Under the pieces are notes generated by a model. That model made no database searches and was not told the DNA's origin. It saw nothing but the letters and a program-made list of their open reading frames with translations. Both the position numbers and the translations under genes were made by a program. This document shows positions 40,693 to 51,137 of a DNA stretch of 64,000 nucleotides, one piece after another. This stretch comes from an uncultured Methanosarcinales archaeon. GTDB taxonomy: Archaea; Nanobdellota; Nanobdellia; Woesearchaeales; DSVV01. The stretch spans positions 2,106 through 66,105 of the forward strand of contig CAYVNO010000009.1 in NCBI GenBank assembly GCA_964452935.1. Reading direction: 5' to 3'. Each line of letters begins with the position of its first letter. Position 1 is the first letter of the stretch.

Positions 40693-41412
40693 ATGACCAC
40701 TAAATTTGAAGCCTTAATTGAAGCAGGACTAACAACAAATGAAGCTAAAGTATACTTAGCAATGCTTAATATTGGCTCATCTAGCGTAAACGCAATAAGT
40801 AGAAAAGCAGGAGTTCATAGAGTAAATGCCTATGACATTATCGAAAGACTCATACAGAAAGGCCTTGTAAGCTCCGTAGTAAAAGGGAATAAAAAATTCT
40901 ATGAACCATCTTCACCAGAAAGAATTCTAAGAATACTTGAACGTAAACAAGCCGAAGTAAACGAAGTTCTCCCAGAATTAATGCTAGACTTTAATATGCG
41001 AAAAGAAAAACAAGACGTGTTTGTATTCAAAGGCCCAGAAGGAGTAATGACTGCATACAACATGATGATCGAACAAGGCAAAGACATCTACGCATTAGGA
41101 GGACAAAAACAAAACAGAAAATACTTAAAACATAGACATATAAAATTTGACAAAGAAAGAAAGAAAAGAGGAATGCATGTTCACGGACTATATTATGAGT
41201 CAGTTAGAAGTAAAAAAATAGGAGATAAAACATGGCACATAAGATATCTACCAGATGAATTCAACAGCCCAGTCATGATAGATATCTGCGGCGACATATC
41301 AATAGTACTTCTTTCAACAACAGATATAATGGCAATTGTCATAAAAAACAAAGATGTAGCAGAAGGCTACAGAAGACACTTCAAATTCATGTGGGAATTC
41401 GCTAAGGAATAA
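40693..41412 (+). CDS. TrmB-family transcriptional regulator (likely start 40693)
   Basis: GLTTNEAKVYLAML, HRVNAYDIIERLIQKGLV; C-terminal effector-like domain ending FKFMWE. Confidence 0.85.
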   Translation: MTTKFEALIEAGLTTNEAKVYLAMLNIGSSSVNAISRKAGVHRVNAYDIIERLIQKGLVSSVVKGNKKFYEPSSPERILRILERKQAEVNEVLPELMLDFNMRKEKQDVFVFKGPEGVMTAYNMMIEQGKDIYALGGQKQNRKYLKHRHIKFDKERKKRGMHVHGLYYESVRSKKIGDKTWHIRYLPDEFNSPVMIDICGDISIVLLSTTDIMAIVIKNKDVAEGYRRHFKFMWEFAKE

Positions 41413-41420
41413 CAAAAATA

Positions 41421-41451
41421 TTCCGATTTCTTCCAAGATATTTCCGGTTTT
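41421..41451. repeat. 31-bp dispersed repeat, copy B
   Basis: TTCCGATTTCTTCCAAGATATTTCCGGTTTT. Confidence 0.75.
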
Positions 41452-41513
41452 CGACGACAAAGCTTTTTAAAGAATAAAATAATACACAGATAAATGTATA
41501 TAAAGTCCAAAAA

Positions 41514-41852
41514 TCACATTTTTGCAAGCAAGACCTTCTTTTTCAACTTTTTTGGAGATCTCTTTAAACTTTTTTCAATTAACTCTAACTCCAATCTCAA
41601 AAAAGTTTTAACAATAGGATTTTTAGAATCTAAATTATACAACTTGGTCTTTCCAAATCTTCTTGTAACCTTAACTAACCCCAACCATTCAACCTTTTTC
41701 CAGAAATTAAACAACGATGTTCTTGAAATCTTTGCACCCTTTGCAATCTCAGTCTTAGAAAAATCCATCCCTTTATTCTCTATCAAAAAATCAACCATTC
41801 TAAAAAAAGGAGTATCCCCAATATATTCCAATAATAAACTTTTATCTGCCAT
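41514..41852 (-). CDS. Winged-HTH DNA-binding protein
   Basis: GDTP..RMVDFL, FSKTEIAKGAKISRTSL, TRRFGKTKLYNL; likely start MADKS at 41852. Confidence 0.75.
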   Translation of the reverse strand: MADKSLLLEYIGDTPFFRMVDFLIENKGMDFSKTEIAKGAKISRTSLFNFWKKVEWLGLVKVTRRFGKTKLYNLDSKNPIVKTFLRLELELIEKSLKRSPKKLKKKVLLAKM

Positions 41853-41906
41853 AGGAACAAGTAATAGTCCAATGTTTATAAATATTATCATTCAAAGTAC
41901 AAACTG

Positions 41907-42182
41907 GTGAACTTTTATATGTGGAACACAAGAATAATCAAAGGAAAGATCCCACATAAACTAAGCAGATTAGGTAAATTCAAACATTCTCACACATCTT
42001 TTGATAACCTACAAAAAGGTTTCCCAAAAGAGATAAGAAACAGAGTAAAAGACGCAGCAATAGAATTAATCAAAGAGAATATCCTAATAAAAAAACCAAC
42101 GAATTATGGTCTAGAAATCTCAATTAATACAGAAAAATCAGCAGAAATAATAAAGTATATCAAAGAGTTCTTAGAAGAATAA
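41907..42182 (+). CDS. Small basic hypothetical protein
   Basis: HSHT..DNLQKGFP...ELIKE..LIKKPT.YG; start uncertain. Confidence 0.5.
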   Translation: MNFYMWNTRIIKGKIPHKLSRLGKFKHSHTSFDNLQKGFPKEIRNRVKDAAIELIKENILIKKPTNYGLEISINTEKSAEIIKYIKEFLEE

Positions 42183-42233
42183 TCACATTTAAAAATACAT
42201 ACTCATTTCTCTACATATTCAGGAGGGATAAAT

Positions 42234-43181
42234 ATGGGAGTAATTAAAGATGAAAGAATAAAGCATCAAAGAGTTATTTATATTGAACCAAAAAATCTAG
42301 AAGGAGATATGGGACTAGATGAAGTTGTTGATTCTCTAAGAGCAGAAGGAGTTGATGTTAGATACTTACAAGATGAAGCAAATTTTGAAGTTCTAGAAGG
42401 AGATGTATCACCAAAAGATGCTTGTACAAGAACAAAAATTCTACTTAAAGAAATCAATGGACATCAAAGAGCACTTAAATATGCAGTAGGAAAAAAGAAA
42501 GAATGGCAAAGAGTTATGGAACAAATTGGTGGAGAAATTGAACAAGAAGGAATTGATATAGAAATAAAAGATCACATAGAATTAAATGAAGACTTTGTTC
42601 CAAAAGGAGATTATACTAAATTCTTAGGGTACAATGGAAGCGGAAAATCCTTCTGTATGATCCTAGAAACAAAAGGAGACATATGGGAATCACTAGATCA
42701 TTCAATAAATGAAATGGGTAAAAAAACTAGCAAAGACTTAGAAGGAATAGAAGCACGTGTCGTGTTTATAGCATTCCATACTCAACTAGAACAACACAAA
42801 GACAAAAAACCATTGCTAGGTTATGAACTAGTTTTCAAATACGGTGAAGACAAAAAACCACAAGTAGATATTTATGAAGTAACAATAGATGAGCTAGAAC
42901 CAGAAGAAGGATCACCAGTAGTTAACAGAGAAAGAAGTGTAACAGAAACAAGAAGTTTAAACCCATCAACAGAACAAACAGAGATATTGAATACATACAC
43001 AAAAGCTTCAATGGTTTTTGCTAGATATCTAAGATCAAAACTACATGAATTAGAAGGACTAGGAAGATCACTAAGAAACAGAACAAGGGATGCATGGACA
43101 GCATACAACAGTGAACCAGAAACAGAAAGAGACAGAATATTCCAAACAGATGAAGCAGTCCATTACAAACAGTGGACTTAA
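42234..43181 (+). CDS. Hypothetical protein
   Basis: 315-aa ORF with a GGAGGG SD; no family recognised. Confidence 0.7.
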   Translation: MGVIKDERIKHQRVIYIEPKNLEGDMGLDEVVDSLRAEGVDVRYLQDEANFEVLEGDVSPKDACTRTKILLKEINGHQRALKYAVGKKKEWQRVMEQIGGEIEQEGIDIEIKDHIELNEDFVPKGDYTKFLGYNGSGKSFCMILETKGDIWESLDHSINEMGKKTSKDLEGIEARVVFIAFHTQLEQHKDKKPLLGYELVFKYGEDKKPQVDIYEVTIDELEPEEGSPVVNRERSVTETRSLNPSTEQTEILNTYTKASMVFARYLRSKLHELEGLGRSLRNRTRDAWTAYNSEPETERDRIFQTDEAVHYKQWT

Positions 43182-44542
43182 TTTATTTTCTTTACTTTTC
43201 CATTCTCTGCATCAACTTCTACTAAATCATTATCATTTAGAATACCTAAAGCATTCTGTACACCAATCAAACATGGAACTCCTAACTCTCTAGAAACAAT
43301 CGCTGCATGACATGTTATTCCACCCTCTTCTGTAATTATTGCAGCACACTTTTTCATAACAGGTAGATATTCTGGCCTTGTCATAAGAGCAACTATTATA
43401 TCTCCTTCTTCAAACTTCTCAAAATCTCTTTCCCTCAACAAAATCTTAACTTTCCCCTCAACTTTACCTTTACAAGCAACAACACCTTTCAACTCATTAA
43501 TATCTTTCAAAGTCTCTTCAAAAGTTTTAATATAAACTAACGCCTCATCTCCACCCAAAATAATGTATTTATCTCCCTCTTTATAACTTGCAATATATTT
43601 CTTCCTCTTCTCTAACTCATCAAAAAAATCATCATCAAACAATCTCTCTGCCTCACTAATACAAGCCCACATAATCAACTCTTGAGGTTTACCTAATCTC
43701 ACACACACCTCTTCAAGCATCCTTCCCAAAAAATAATTAATCTTCATAGACATCTCTTTTCTAATCTCTCTCCAATAAATCAACCTATTGAAAAAATATA
43801 CTACATTCATAACTTCTTCACATAAATCATACTTCTCCAATAATTCCTTCTTTCTATTCTTAATCTTATCGTAATAACTCAAATCAACTTTAACATCTTC
43901 TAACTCCTTCAAAACTTCCTCTTTAGTCAACAACTTTGACTCAAAAAAATTAGTTTTTATATGTTTGTACTTCTCAACATGCTTCTCAACATCTTTACAG
44001 CCCTTCTTTTTTATCTCAATCAAATCTAGTTTCTCTTTCTGAATAATATTTGGTTCTTCTAACAAACATAGTTCTTTAAACTCATCCAAACTGATCTCAG
44101 ATTTATATTTATCAAAAACTTCCTGCACTACATCATCTGTCAACGGATCAAAAAACTCAATCGTCGCAGCAATACTCCATAAATAGTTAGTCTTAGAATA
44201 AAAATCAACAATCTTCTTCATTAATTCCTTATCATTCAACTTTTTAATATTCTCAAGATCATCAATAGCCTTCTGAACAACTGCTGCCCTCTTTTTCCAC
44301 TCATCAATCAAAGAATCAACATGTTTCTTGTCTTTAATCTGCTTATCAATTATTTCATTGGCTTTCTTTCTAAAAGCACTTATCCTCCAAAAACCATAAT
44401 TATGTGTTCCCCTATTCAACATAACACAATTTTCTTCACCGAATAAATTAAACGCACCATGATAACCATAAGTAATCAACCAAGGAACAGCCTCAACACC
44501 CTGTCTATACCATTTATCCCCTTTGACTGTCTTGAGATTCAT
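43178..44542 (-). CDS. Variable domain + phospho-His swivel domain protein (paralog 5)
   Basis: WREIRK; EEGGITCHAAIVSRE. Confidence 0.85.
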   Translation of the reverse strand: MNLKTVKGDKWYRQGVEAVPWLITYGYHGAFNLFGEENCVMLNRGTHNYGFWRISAFRKKANEIIDKQIKDKKHVDSLIDEWKKRAAVVQKAIDDLENIKKLNDKELMKKIVDFYSKTNYLWSIAATIEFFDPLTDDVVQEVFDKYKSEISLDEFKELCLLEEPNIIQKEKLDLIEIKKKGCKDVEKHVEKYKHIKTNFFESKLLTKEEVLKELEDVKVDLSYYDKIKNRKKELLEKYDLCEEVMNVVYFFNRLIYWREIRKEMSMKINYFLGRMLEEVCVRLGKPQELIMWACISEAERLFDDDFFDELEKRKKYIASYKEGDKYIILGGDEALVYIKTFEETLKDINELKGVVACKGKVEGKVKILLRERDFEKFEEGDIIVALMTRPEYLPVMKKCAAIITEEGGITCHAAIVSRELGVPCLIGVQNALGILNDNDLVEVDAENGKVKKIN

Positions 44543-45525
44543 ACTTTCCTCACTCTCCCGTTATCAGCATCGACCTCTATTAAATCTCCATCCTTGAAAG
44601 AAAGTGTCGCTGATTTTGTCCCAATCACACAAGGTATTTTCATCTCTCTGGATATTATAGCCGCATGACATGTAATCCCTCCTTCATCTGTAACAATCGC
44701 TGATATTTTATCCAATAAAACATGATGATGGGGATTTAACATCGGAGTTACAATTATATCTCCATTCTCAATCTTCTCAATATCATCTAAGCTAAGAACA
44801 ACTTTTGCTTTTCCCTTAACAAAACCATTAAAAGTGCTAACACCTTTAACTTCAGAGATCCCAAACTCATTACCAATATCACCTAACTCTTTAGTCTCAA
44901 TATTATCTGCTTCTTCACCAACATAAAAATTAGAATCTTCATTAATAATCTTCCAAACATAATGCTTTTTTCTCTTTTTCATGTCATTAACATTAAATTC
45001 TTCATTAATTAACTCTTCAGGAAATATATATCCAACAAGAGTCCTATCAATCCCAGTCTTATTATGCAAAGCATCCAACAACCTATGGAAAAATTGTGTC
45101 TTTATCTCATTCATTACAGACTCTGGTCCCCTAATAAACTCTGCCTGTTCTTTAATTGGTTTTATCTGTTCTTCATCTAAAGCAAAACCACAAAAATGGC
45201 CCAATAAACAATAAGACCATGCTTCAAGATATTTTTTATGAAATAAAGAAAATACATCTAAAGGATCTCCAGTTATAATTTCTCTTAACTCATTCTCCAC
45301 AATCATCGCTTTATCAAATATGGGCTTTAATTTATCAACATTCTCTCTAAGAAAACAAAAAAACTCTTCTAACTGTTTTTTATCAACATATCTTGTAACA
45401 ACACCATTTTTATTAACAGCTAAAACACTTTTTAGAGGGAAAAGTGGAATCATCCCATAAGCATTCTGATTAAAAAACACTTCCAATAAAAAATAATTCC
45501 TAGTCACAACTTTCTCCCACTTCAT
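44539..45525 (-). CDS. Short variable domain + phospho-His swivel domain protein (paralog 6)
   Basis: 328 aa; lacks the central Y.W..N and QD.RK segments; DEGGITCHAAIISRE. Confidence 0.8.
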   Translation of the reverse strand: MKWEKVVTRNYFLLEVFFNQNAYGMIPLFPLKSVLAVNKNGVVTRYVDKKQLEEFFCFLRENVDKLKPIFDKAMIVENELREIITGDPLDVFSLFHKKYLEAWSYCLLGHFCGFALDEEQIKPIKEQAEFIRGPESVMNEIKTQFFHRLLDALHNKTGIDRTLVGYIFPEELINEEFNVNDMKKRKKHYVWKIINEDSNFYVGEEADNIETKELGDIGNEFGISEVKGVSTFNGFVKGKAKVVLSLDDIEKIENGDIIVTPMLNPHHHVLLDKISAIVTDEGGITCHAAIISREMKIPCVIGTKSATLSFKDGDLIEVDADNGRVRKV

Positions 45526-46943
45526 ATCTTCCTCACTCTCCCGTTATCTGCATCTACTTCTACTTTATCTCCATCTTTCAATATCTTTGTTGCAACTTGC
45601 GTTCCAATTATACAAGGAACTCCAAGCTCCCTTGAAACAACAGCAGCATGACAACTAATTCCACCTTCATCTGTTACTATCGCAGCTGCTTTCCTCATCA
45701 ACGGAACATACTCCGGCCTAGTCATTGGCGCAACTAAGATATCACCTTTCTTAAATTTATCAAAATCATCATGAGTATTTATTACTTTAACAACACCTTC
45801 CACTTTCCCTTTACAAGCAACATTTCCTTTAATCTCTTCCTGTTCTCTAAACTTCTCATCCAAAGCTTCAATAATCTCCTTACTACCATCACCAATAAAA
45901 TATTTCATCTTTCCTCCACCAAGTGAAACACACATCATAGACTTAAATCTTTTCTTAAGTATATCAACATATTCATCTGTAAACTTTAAATCCTTTAATT
46001 CATTATAAACCATATAACATAAATACTTTTTCTCAATCCCAGTCCTCTTATTAACATAATCCATAAATTGATCATAACAATAAGTTGTTTTCTGCGTATT
46101 TATCTTCCTAATTTCTCTAAAATAAGTCATTTCTGAGAAAAAATAGAATAAATTCTGTAATTCTATAGGCACATTGTATCTCTTTATAATCTTCTTTTTC
46201 TGTTTTAATAACAAATCAATCTTTCCACTAATCTCCTTCTTTAATCTACTCAATCCACCTTTAGACCTAAGTTTTTCCAACTCTTCATAAAAATAATCCT
46301 CTCCAACAACATATGAATTTGCCCAATCATTGTTCTTCCAAAAATATTGTTCTTGTAACTCTTTAATCTGAGGACTAACATCATCCAAATCAACTAACTC
46401 AATCAACTTCAGCTCAATCTCTTCATGAACAAACAAATTCTCAGGGGATACCAGCACCTTCACATCTTCCTTACTCATCTTTAAGCCACTTTTCCCTATC
46501 TCCTCATCTAATAACTGTTCCCCACAAGGATCAAAAGGTTCAACAAAAACACCAATAACCCATAAATCATACAATAGTTCAGAATACTTAGCTTGGAAAG
46601 CAATAAACTCCTTCTCATCCATTCCTTCAACACCATTAGAAATCACATAATCAAACATCTTATCAACTTTCTTTTCAATTTCCTTCCAATCTTTAATTAA
46701 TTTATCAATAAATTTCTTGCTTTTCATAGCCTTTTCAACCATCTCTTTTGAAACTTCAATCTCTCTATCCAAATCAAAACAACCATCGTGGAAATTGTTA
46801 TAATAGTTAAGAACTAACTTGAATTTCCCTAAATTATTAGAAAAAGCAGTAACAGGTGCAGAAGAAGAATAAGGATTAGCACCACACGCCTGCCTGTACC
46901 ATCTATGTTTCTTAATATATTCAACAACTTCTTCTTTTTTCAT
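45522..46943 (-). CDS. Variable domain + phospho-His swivel domain protein (paralog 7)
   Basis: QYFWKNND, FREIRK; DEGGISCHAAVVSRE. Confidence 0.85.
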   Translation of the reverse strand: MKKEEVVEYIKKHRWYRQACGANPYSSSAPVTAFSNNLGKFKLVLNYYNNFHDGCFDLDREIEVSKEMVEKAMKSKKFIDKLIKDWKEIEKKVDKMFDYVISNGVEGMDEKEFIAFQAKYSELLYDLWVIGVFVEPFDPCGEQLLDEEIGKSGLKMSKEDVKVLVSPENLFVHEEIELKLIELVDLDDVSPQIKELQEQYFWKNNDWANSYVVGEDYFYEELEKLRSKGGLSRLKKEISGKIDLLLKQKKKIIKRYNVPIELQNLFYFFSEMTYFREIRKINTQKTTYCYDQFMDYVNKRTGIEKKYLCYMVYNELKDLKFTDEYVDILKKRFKSMMCVSLGGGKMKYFIGDGSKEIIEALDEKFREQEEIKGNVACKGKVEGVVKVINTHDDFDKFKKGDILVAPMTRPEYVPLMRKAAAIVTDEGGISCHAAVVSRELGVPCIIGTQVATKILKDGDKVEVDADNGRVRKI

Positions 46944-48340
46944 AACTTCCTCACTCTCCCACTCTTCAAATCAACCTCTACTTTATCTCCATCTTTCAAC
47001 ATATCAGTTGCATACTTTGTTCCAATCACACACGGAACTCCTAGCTCCCTAGAAACAACTGCAGCATGACACGTAACTCCTCCTTCATTTGTTATTATTA
47101 ACTTAGCTTTCTTCATCAAAGAAATCATATCAGGCCTTGTCATAGAAGAAACCAGAACATCCCCTTCCTTAAACTTATCAGCATCATCCATAGTCATAAC
47201 AACAGAAACATTACCATTAACAACATCTTCATCACATCTACAAGCAACCAACCCATTCAACTCTTTAACATCAACCTTTGGCATGACTAAATCAAATAAC
47301 TCTTTGGCTTTCTCACCAGTCTCTAAATGTAATTTTCTATCATCTTTCATATAAACAAAACACAACTCTCTACGATCATGTAAAACCTTCTTATCCACCT
47401 CACCATTCAACACACCTTCAATCTCAGGAAACATAGTATATTGTAATTCCTCCAGAGTATAAGAAGTTCTTCTAACAACCTCATTCAATAATAAATACTG
47501 ATAATGCAAAGCTTCTAAACAAAACTCTTTCCTCTGATCCTGCAAATGTATAAAGAAATCAATATATTTCACTAATAACCTTAATTCATCATTATCAATC
47601 TCATCCAATATTCTCTCTTTCTCTTTCTTCAACTCAATAAGTCCTTCCTCAATCTTTGAAATCTTTTCTTCAGCATTATCAATCTTCTTAACCGCTCCTG
47701 TAACATAATTCTCATCTAAATAAATAACTCTCGTATAATTATTCTCAACCCAATGGAATCTCTTAACATGTTCTTTAACTAAATCGTCATTAAACCTTAA
47801 AGCAATCCTCAACAAAGATAATTCACACTCATTACTAAAAGATAATTTAGTAGGAGAACTCAGTGTAATATATCCGTCCCGACCATCCAACAACTTCTTT
47901 AAGTGCTCCTCTGCAAAAAAACCAAAACTATTTGTAACCAGCGGAAAAGCGTAAGCAATTGCATACGCATTATCAAACCTCTCAAACAATTTCAAGAAAT
48001 CTTCATCACTTAACGACTTCAAATCAGTTGAACAGATTTCTTCCTCAACTTTCCTCAACTCCTCAACCTGCCCACACCATTTTTCATAATAAGGAATTAA
48101 AAACTTCTTATCCATCAACAAACTCTCAAATATTTTCCTACCTATTTCTTTACAATCATTCATCTCCCAGATCCAATTCCCAACATTCCCTCTAAAGATA
48201 TTCGCAGTAATCTTAAATGAAAAAGGAAACTCATCCTGAAGCAAAGTCATCCCAGCACAAAACGGAGAGAAAAAGGTGTGTAAATTACCAGATAACTCTT
48301 CAATATACCATTCGGGGTTTGAAAAACCTAAAACATTCAT
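46940..48340 (-). CDS. Variable domain + phospho-His swivel domain protein (paralog 8)
   Basis: RFHWVENNY, LQDQRK; NEGGVTCHAAVVSRE. Confidence 0.85.
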   Translation of the reverse strand: MNVLGFSNPEWYIEELSGNLHTFFSPFCAGMTLLQDEFPFSFKITANIFRGNVGNWIWEMNDCKEIGRKIFESLLMDKKFLIPYYEKWCGQVEELRKVEEEICSTDLKSLSDEDFLKLFERFDNAYAIAYAFPLVTNSFGFFAEEHLKKLLDGRDGYITLSSPTKLSFSNECELSLLRIALRFNDDLVKEHVKRFHWVENNYTRVIYLDENYVTGAVKKIDNAEEKISKIEEGLIELKKEKERILDEIDNDELRLLVKYIDFFIHLQDQRKEFCLEALHYQYLLLNEVVRRTSYTLEELQYTMFPEIEGVLNGEVDKKVLHDRRELCFVYMKDDRKLHLETGEKAKELFDLVMPKVDVKELNGLVACRCDEDVVNGNVSVVMTMDDADKFKEGDVLVSSMTRPDMISLMKKAKLIITNEGGVTCHAAVVSRELGVPCVIGTKYATDMLKDGDKVEVDLKSGRVRKL

Positions 48341-49806
48341 TCTATCAACTTTATCGACGCATGATTTGCATTAACTTCAACCAAATCACCATCCTTAAAC
48401 ATCTTTGTTGCCTTGCTAGTCCCAACAACACAAGGTATTTTTAATTCTCTTGAAACAATAGCAGCATGGCAAGTTATTCCACCCTCATCTGTAACAATCG
48501 CTCCTGCTTTTTTCATACCAACAACATAATCAGGAGAAGTCATAGGAGCTATTAACACATCCCCATCATCAACTTTAGTAACATGCATTGCACTCATAAC
48601 AACCTTAGCTTTGCCTTGATACCTTCCAACACATGCACAAACTCCATACAACTTATTCTTTGCATCCTCTGCCTCAGGATTATCATTAATCTTTTCTTTA
48701 ATAAAATCCTTAACTTTATCATGTTCTAAAAACTCTGTTTCACCATCTTTATCCCACAAACAAACACTTAACTTAAATCTCTTCTTCAAATCATCTTTAG
48801 AAACAACATCTCCATCCAACCCTTTTTTGATCTCTTTATGATTCATAAACCTCACAAGAACATTATCAACACTGAACCGTTTAGCCAACTCATCAATCAA
48901 CGGGATAATCAAATAATGAGATTTTGTAAACAACTCTTTCTTATAATCCATCATATAAGTCGCTAATTTAACATAATCAAACAGTTCCTGTAACTCTTTA
49001 GAAATACCGCAATCACTAATAAATTTGTCTTGTTTCTTCTTTAGATTCCCATCATAACTTAACATTTCATTCAACTGCTTCTTACAATCCTTCTTTAATA
49101 AATTCTTCAAGACAGTAATAAAATGTTTAACATCCCATACTTGTACCCCATAATCATAAGGAATCCAACAATACTTTGAAGTATGATCATCAATCTTCTT
49201 CATAATATCTTTATTCTTCTCAAAATCCTTCTCCAAATTATTCTCTTGTATTTCAACTGCAATGTTTAATAATTCTTCCTCATCTTTCCTAATAAAAGAG
49301 CTCTGAGAAGGCGTACTTAACACAGTTATTATTTCATTGATATTATCTACCTTTCCTTTTAACATGCCTTTAATATGTTGAAGAACAATATCTTTTGTAA
49401 CTAAAGGCAATGGTTCTCCATAAACAGTAGATATCTCATACGAAGAAATGTAATCTTCATATAACTTCCACAAACCCTCGTTACTCAATTTACTAAAATC
49501 AGATTTATTTATCCTTTCAGATATCTTCATTAACTTCTTAATCTCTTTCTTAAACTCTTTATAAGAATAATTCAACAAACTGGGATCATTAATAACTTTA
49601 TCAGAAACAAACTTATACAAATCATCAATTACCTCTTTCTTTCCATACCAAATCATTACTCCTTTTGTATAAACAACAAAATAGTCCTCAAACGATTTCC
49701 CAAACCACACCTTTCTAGCAGTATTTGAATAAACCTTTCCAATAACCTCTATAAAAGGCGATAAATAACAATGTGTTTTCCTTTGTAAATAAATCCATTC
49801 AGTCAT
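48337..49806 (-). CDS. Variable domain + phospho-His swivel domain protein (paralog 9)
   Basis: KYCWIPYDY, MMDYKK; DEGGITCHAAIVSRE. Confidence 0.85.
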   Translation of the reverse strand: MTEWIYLQRKTHCYLSPFIEVIGKVYSNTARKVWFGKSFEDYFVVYTKGVMIWYGKKEVIDDLYKFVSDKVINDPSLLNYSYKEFKKEIKKLMKISERINKSDFSKLSNEGLWKLYEDYISSYEISTVYGEPLPLVTKDIVLQHIKGMLKGKVDNINEIITVLSTPSQSSFIRKDEEELLNIAVEIQENNLEKDFEKNKDIMKKIDDHTSKYCWIPYDYGVQVWDVKHFITVLKNLLKKDCKKQLNEMLSYDGNLKKKQDKFISDCGISKELQELFDYVKLATYMMDYKKELFTKSHYLIIPLIDELAKRFSVDNVLVRFMNHKEIKKGLDGDVVSKDDLKKRFKLSVCLWDKDGETEFLEHDKVKDFIKEKINDNPEAEDAKNKLYGVCACVGRYQGKAKVVMSAMHVTKVDDGDVLIAPMTSPDYVVGMKKAGAIVTDEGGITCHAAIVSRELKIPCVVGTSKATKMFKDGDLVEVNANHASIKLIE

Positions 49807-51137
49807 TTTAACTTCCTCACAATCCCATTTTCTGCATCAACAACTACTTCATCATTATCAAACAACAACTTAGTAGCATTTTTTGTTCCAACAATGCATG
49901 GTTTCTTCATTTCCCTAGCAACTATCGCTGCATGTGAAGCTATTCCACCTTCATTTGTCACAAAAGCTGCTGCTTTCTGCATCGCAGGTAAGAATGTAGG
50001 ATGTGTAGTATTTGCAACCAACACATCACCTTCTTTTACTTTCTTAAGATCATGATAACTATTAACCAGCACAACCTTACCTGCAACTTTCCCTGTAAAA
50101 GCAACTAATCCTTTAATACTTAACCCAAGCTCACTTTCATCAATATCATTAATTATCTTAACATATTTCTTAGGAACACCATCCAACACTTTTATCTTCA
50201 TATTCTCGTCGACAGTCACAACAAAACCACTATTTTTCCTCTTAATAACCAAATCAATATCTAATTCCTCTTTTTTCAAACACTCTTCAATCTCATCTAA
50301 AGTCAAATAACCAACATCGTCATATTGGATACTAAATTTCTTTGCAAACTTTTCAAAAAGAAAGACCCAGGAATATGTGTGAAATCTTCTTAAATCATCT
50401 CTCCAATCTTTAAAGAACAATACATACTTTGCCATATCTAAGAAATGATTCTCTTCATCGCTAAGTTTTAACTGTTTCTTAATATCCTCTAATTTCAATT
50501 TCTTTTTCTTCTTATCAACTACACCAAGACTCTTAACCCATTCTTCATCAATCTCCCTATACCAAACAACAGACCAATTTCTTAAGAACTGATACTCATC
50601 AACTAATTTACTAACATTAACATTTTTCCTCAACTTCTCCTGAATCTCATGTAATGCAGTTTTCTTCCAAGGAGTACAAATAGCATCCAAAGCTCTCTGA
50701 TCTTTAATCCCTAATTTCTCAAAATCATGTTGCCATGCCTCAATAGCTAACCAAGAAGTAATACTAAAGATATAATTAATAATCATAAACTGTTCTTTGA
50801 AATCATAAAAAGCATTTAACATCTCCTTAGAATTACCTCGTAACTGTTTCTTTGCTTTCTCACTCAAACTCTTTATCTCCCCTTTCAATAACTTTCCTTC
50901 GTTATAATAATTCTTAATCTGTTGTGGAGAATTAAAGAACTTTTTATACAAATATCTTCCCAATCCCAACGAATCAACACCAATATAATGAGTTAACACT
51001 TTTTTATCTAAAACAGTGAAAAATAACTCTTTATTCTCACCAGTAAACTCTTTAATATGCTCATAAAAAACAATATCAATACCTGAAATAGTAGTTAAAT
51101 CAACTCCTTCTCTTGACAATAACTTCTTCCACTTCAT
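49803..51137 (-). CDS. Variable domain + phospho-His swivel domain protein (paralog 10)
   Basis: FKDWRD; NEGGIASHAAIVARE. Confidence 0.85.
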   Translation of the reverse strand: MKWKKLLSREGVDLTTISGIDIVFYEHIKEFTGENKELFFTVLDKKVLTHYIGVDSLGLGRYLYKKFFNSPQQIKNYYNEGKLLKGEIKSLSEKAKKQLRGNSKEMLNAFYDFKEQFMIINYIFSITSWLAIEAWQHDFEKLGIKDQRALDAICTPWKKTALHEIQEKLRKNVNVSKLVDEYQFLRNWSVVWYREIDEEWVKSLGVVDKKKKKLKLEDIKKQLKLSDEENHFLDMAKYVLFFKDWRDDLRRFHTYSWVFLFEKFAKKFSIQYDDVGYLTLDEIEECLKKEELDIDLVIKRKNSGFVVTVDENMKIKVLDGVPKKYVKIINDIDESELGLSIKGLVAFTGKVAGKVVLVNSYHDLKKVKEGDVLVANTTHPTFLPAMQKAAAFVTNEGGIASHAAIVAREMKKPCIVGTKNATKLLFDNDEVVVDAENGIVRKLK

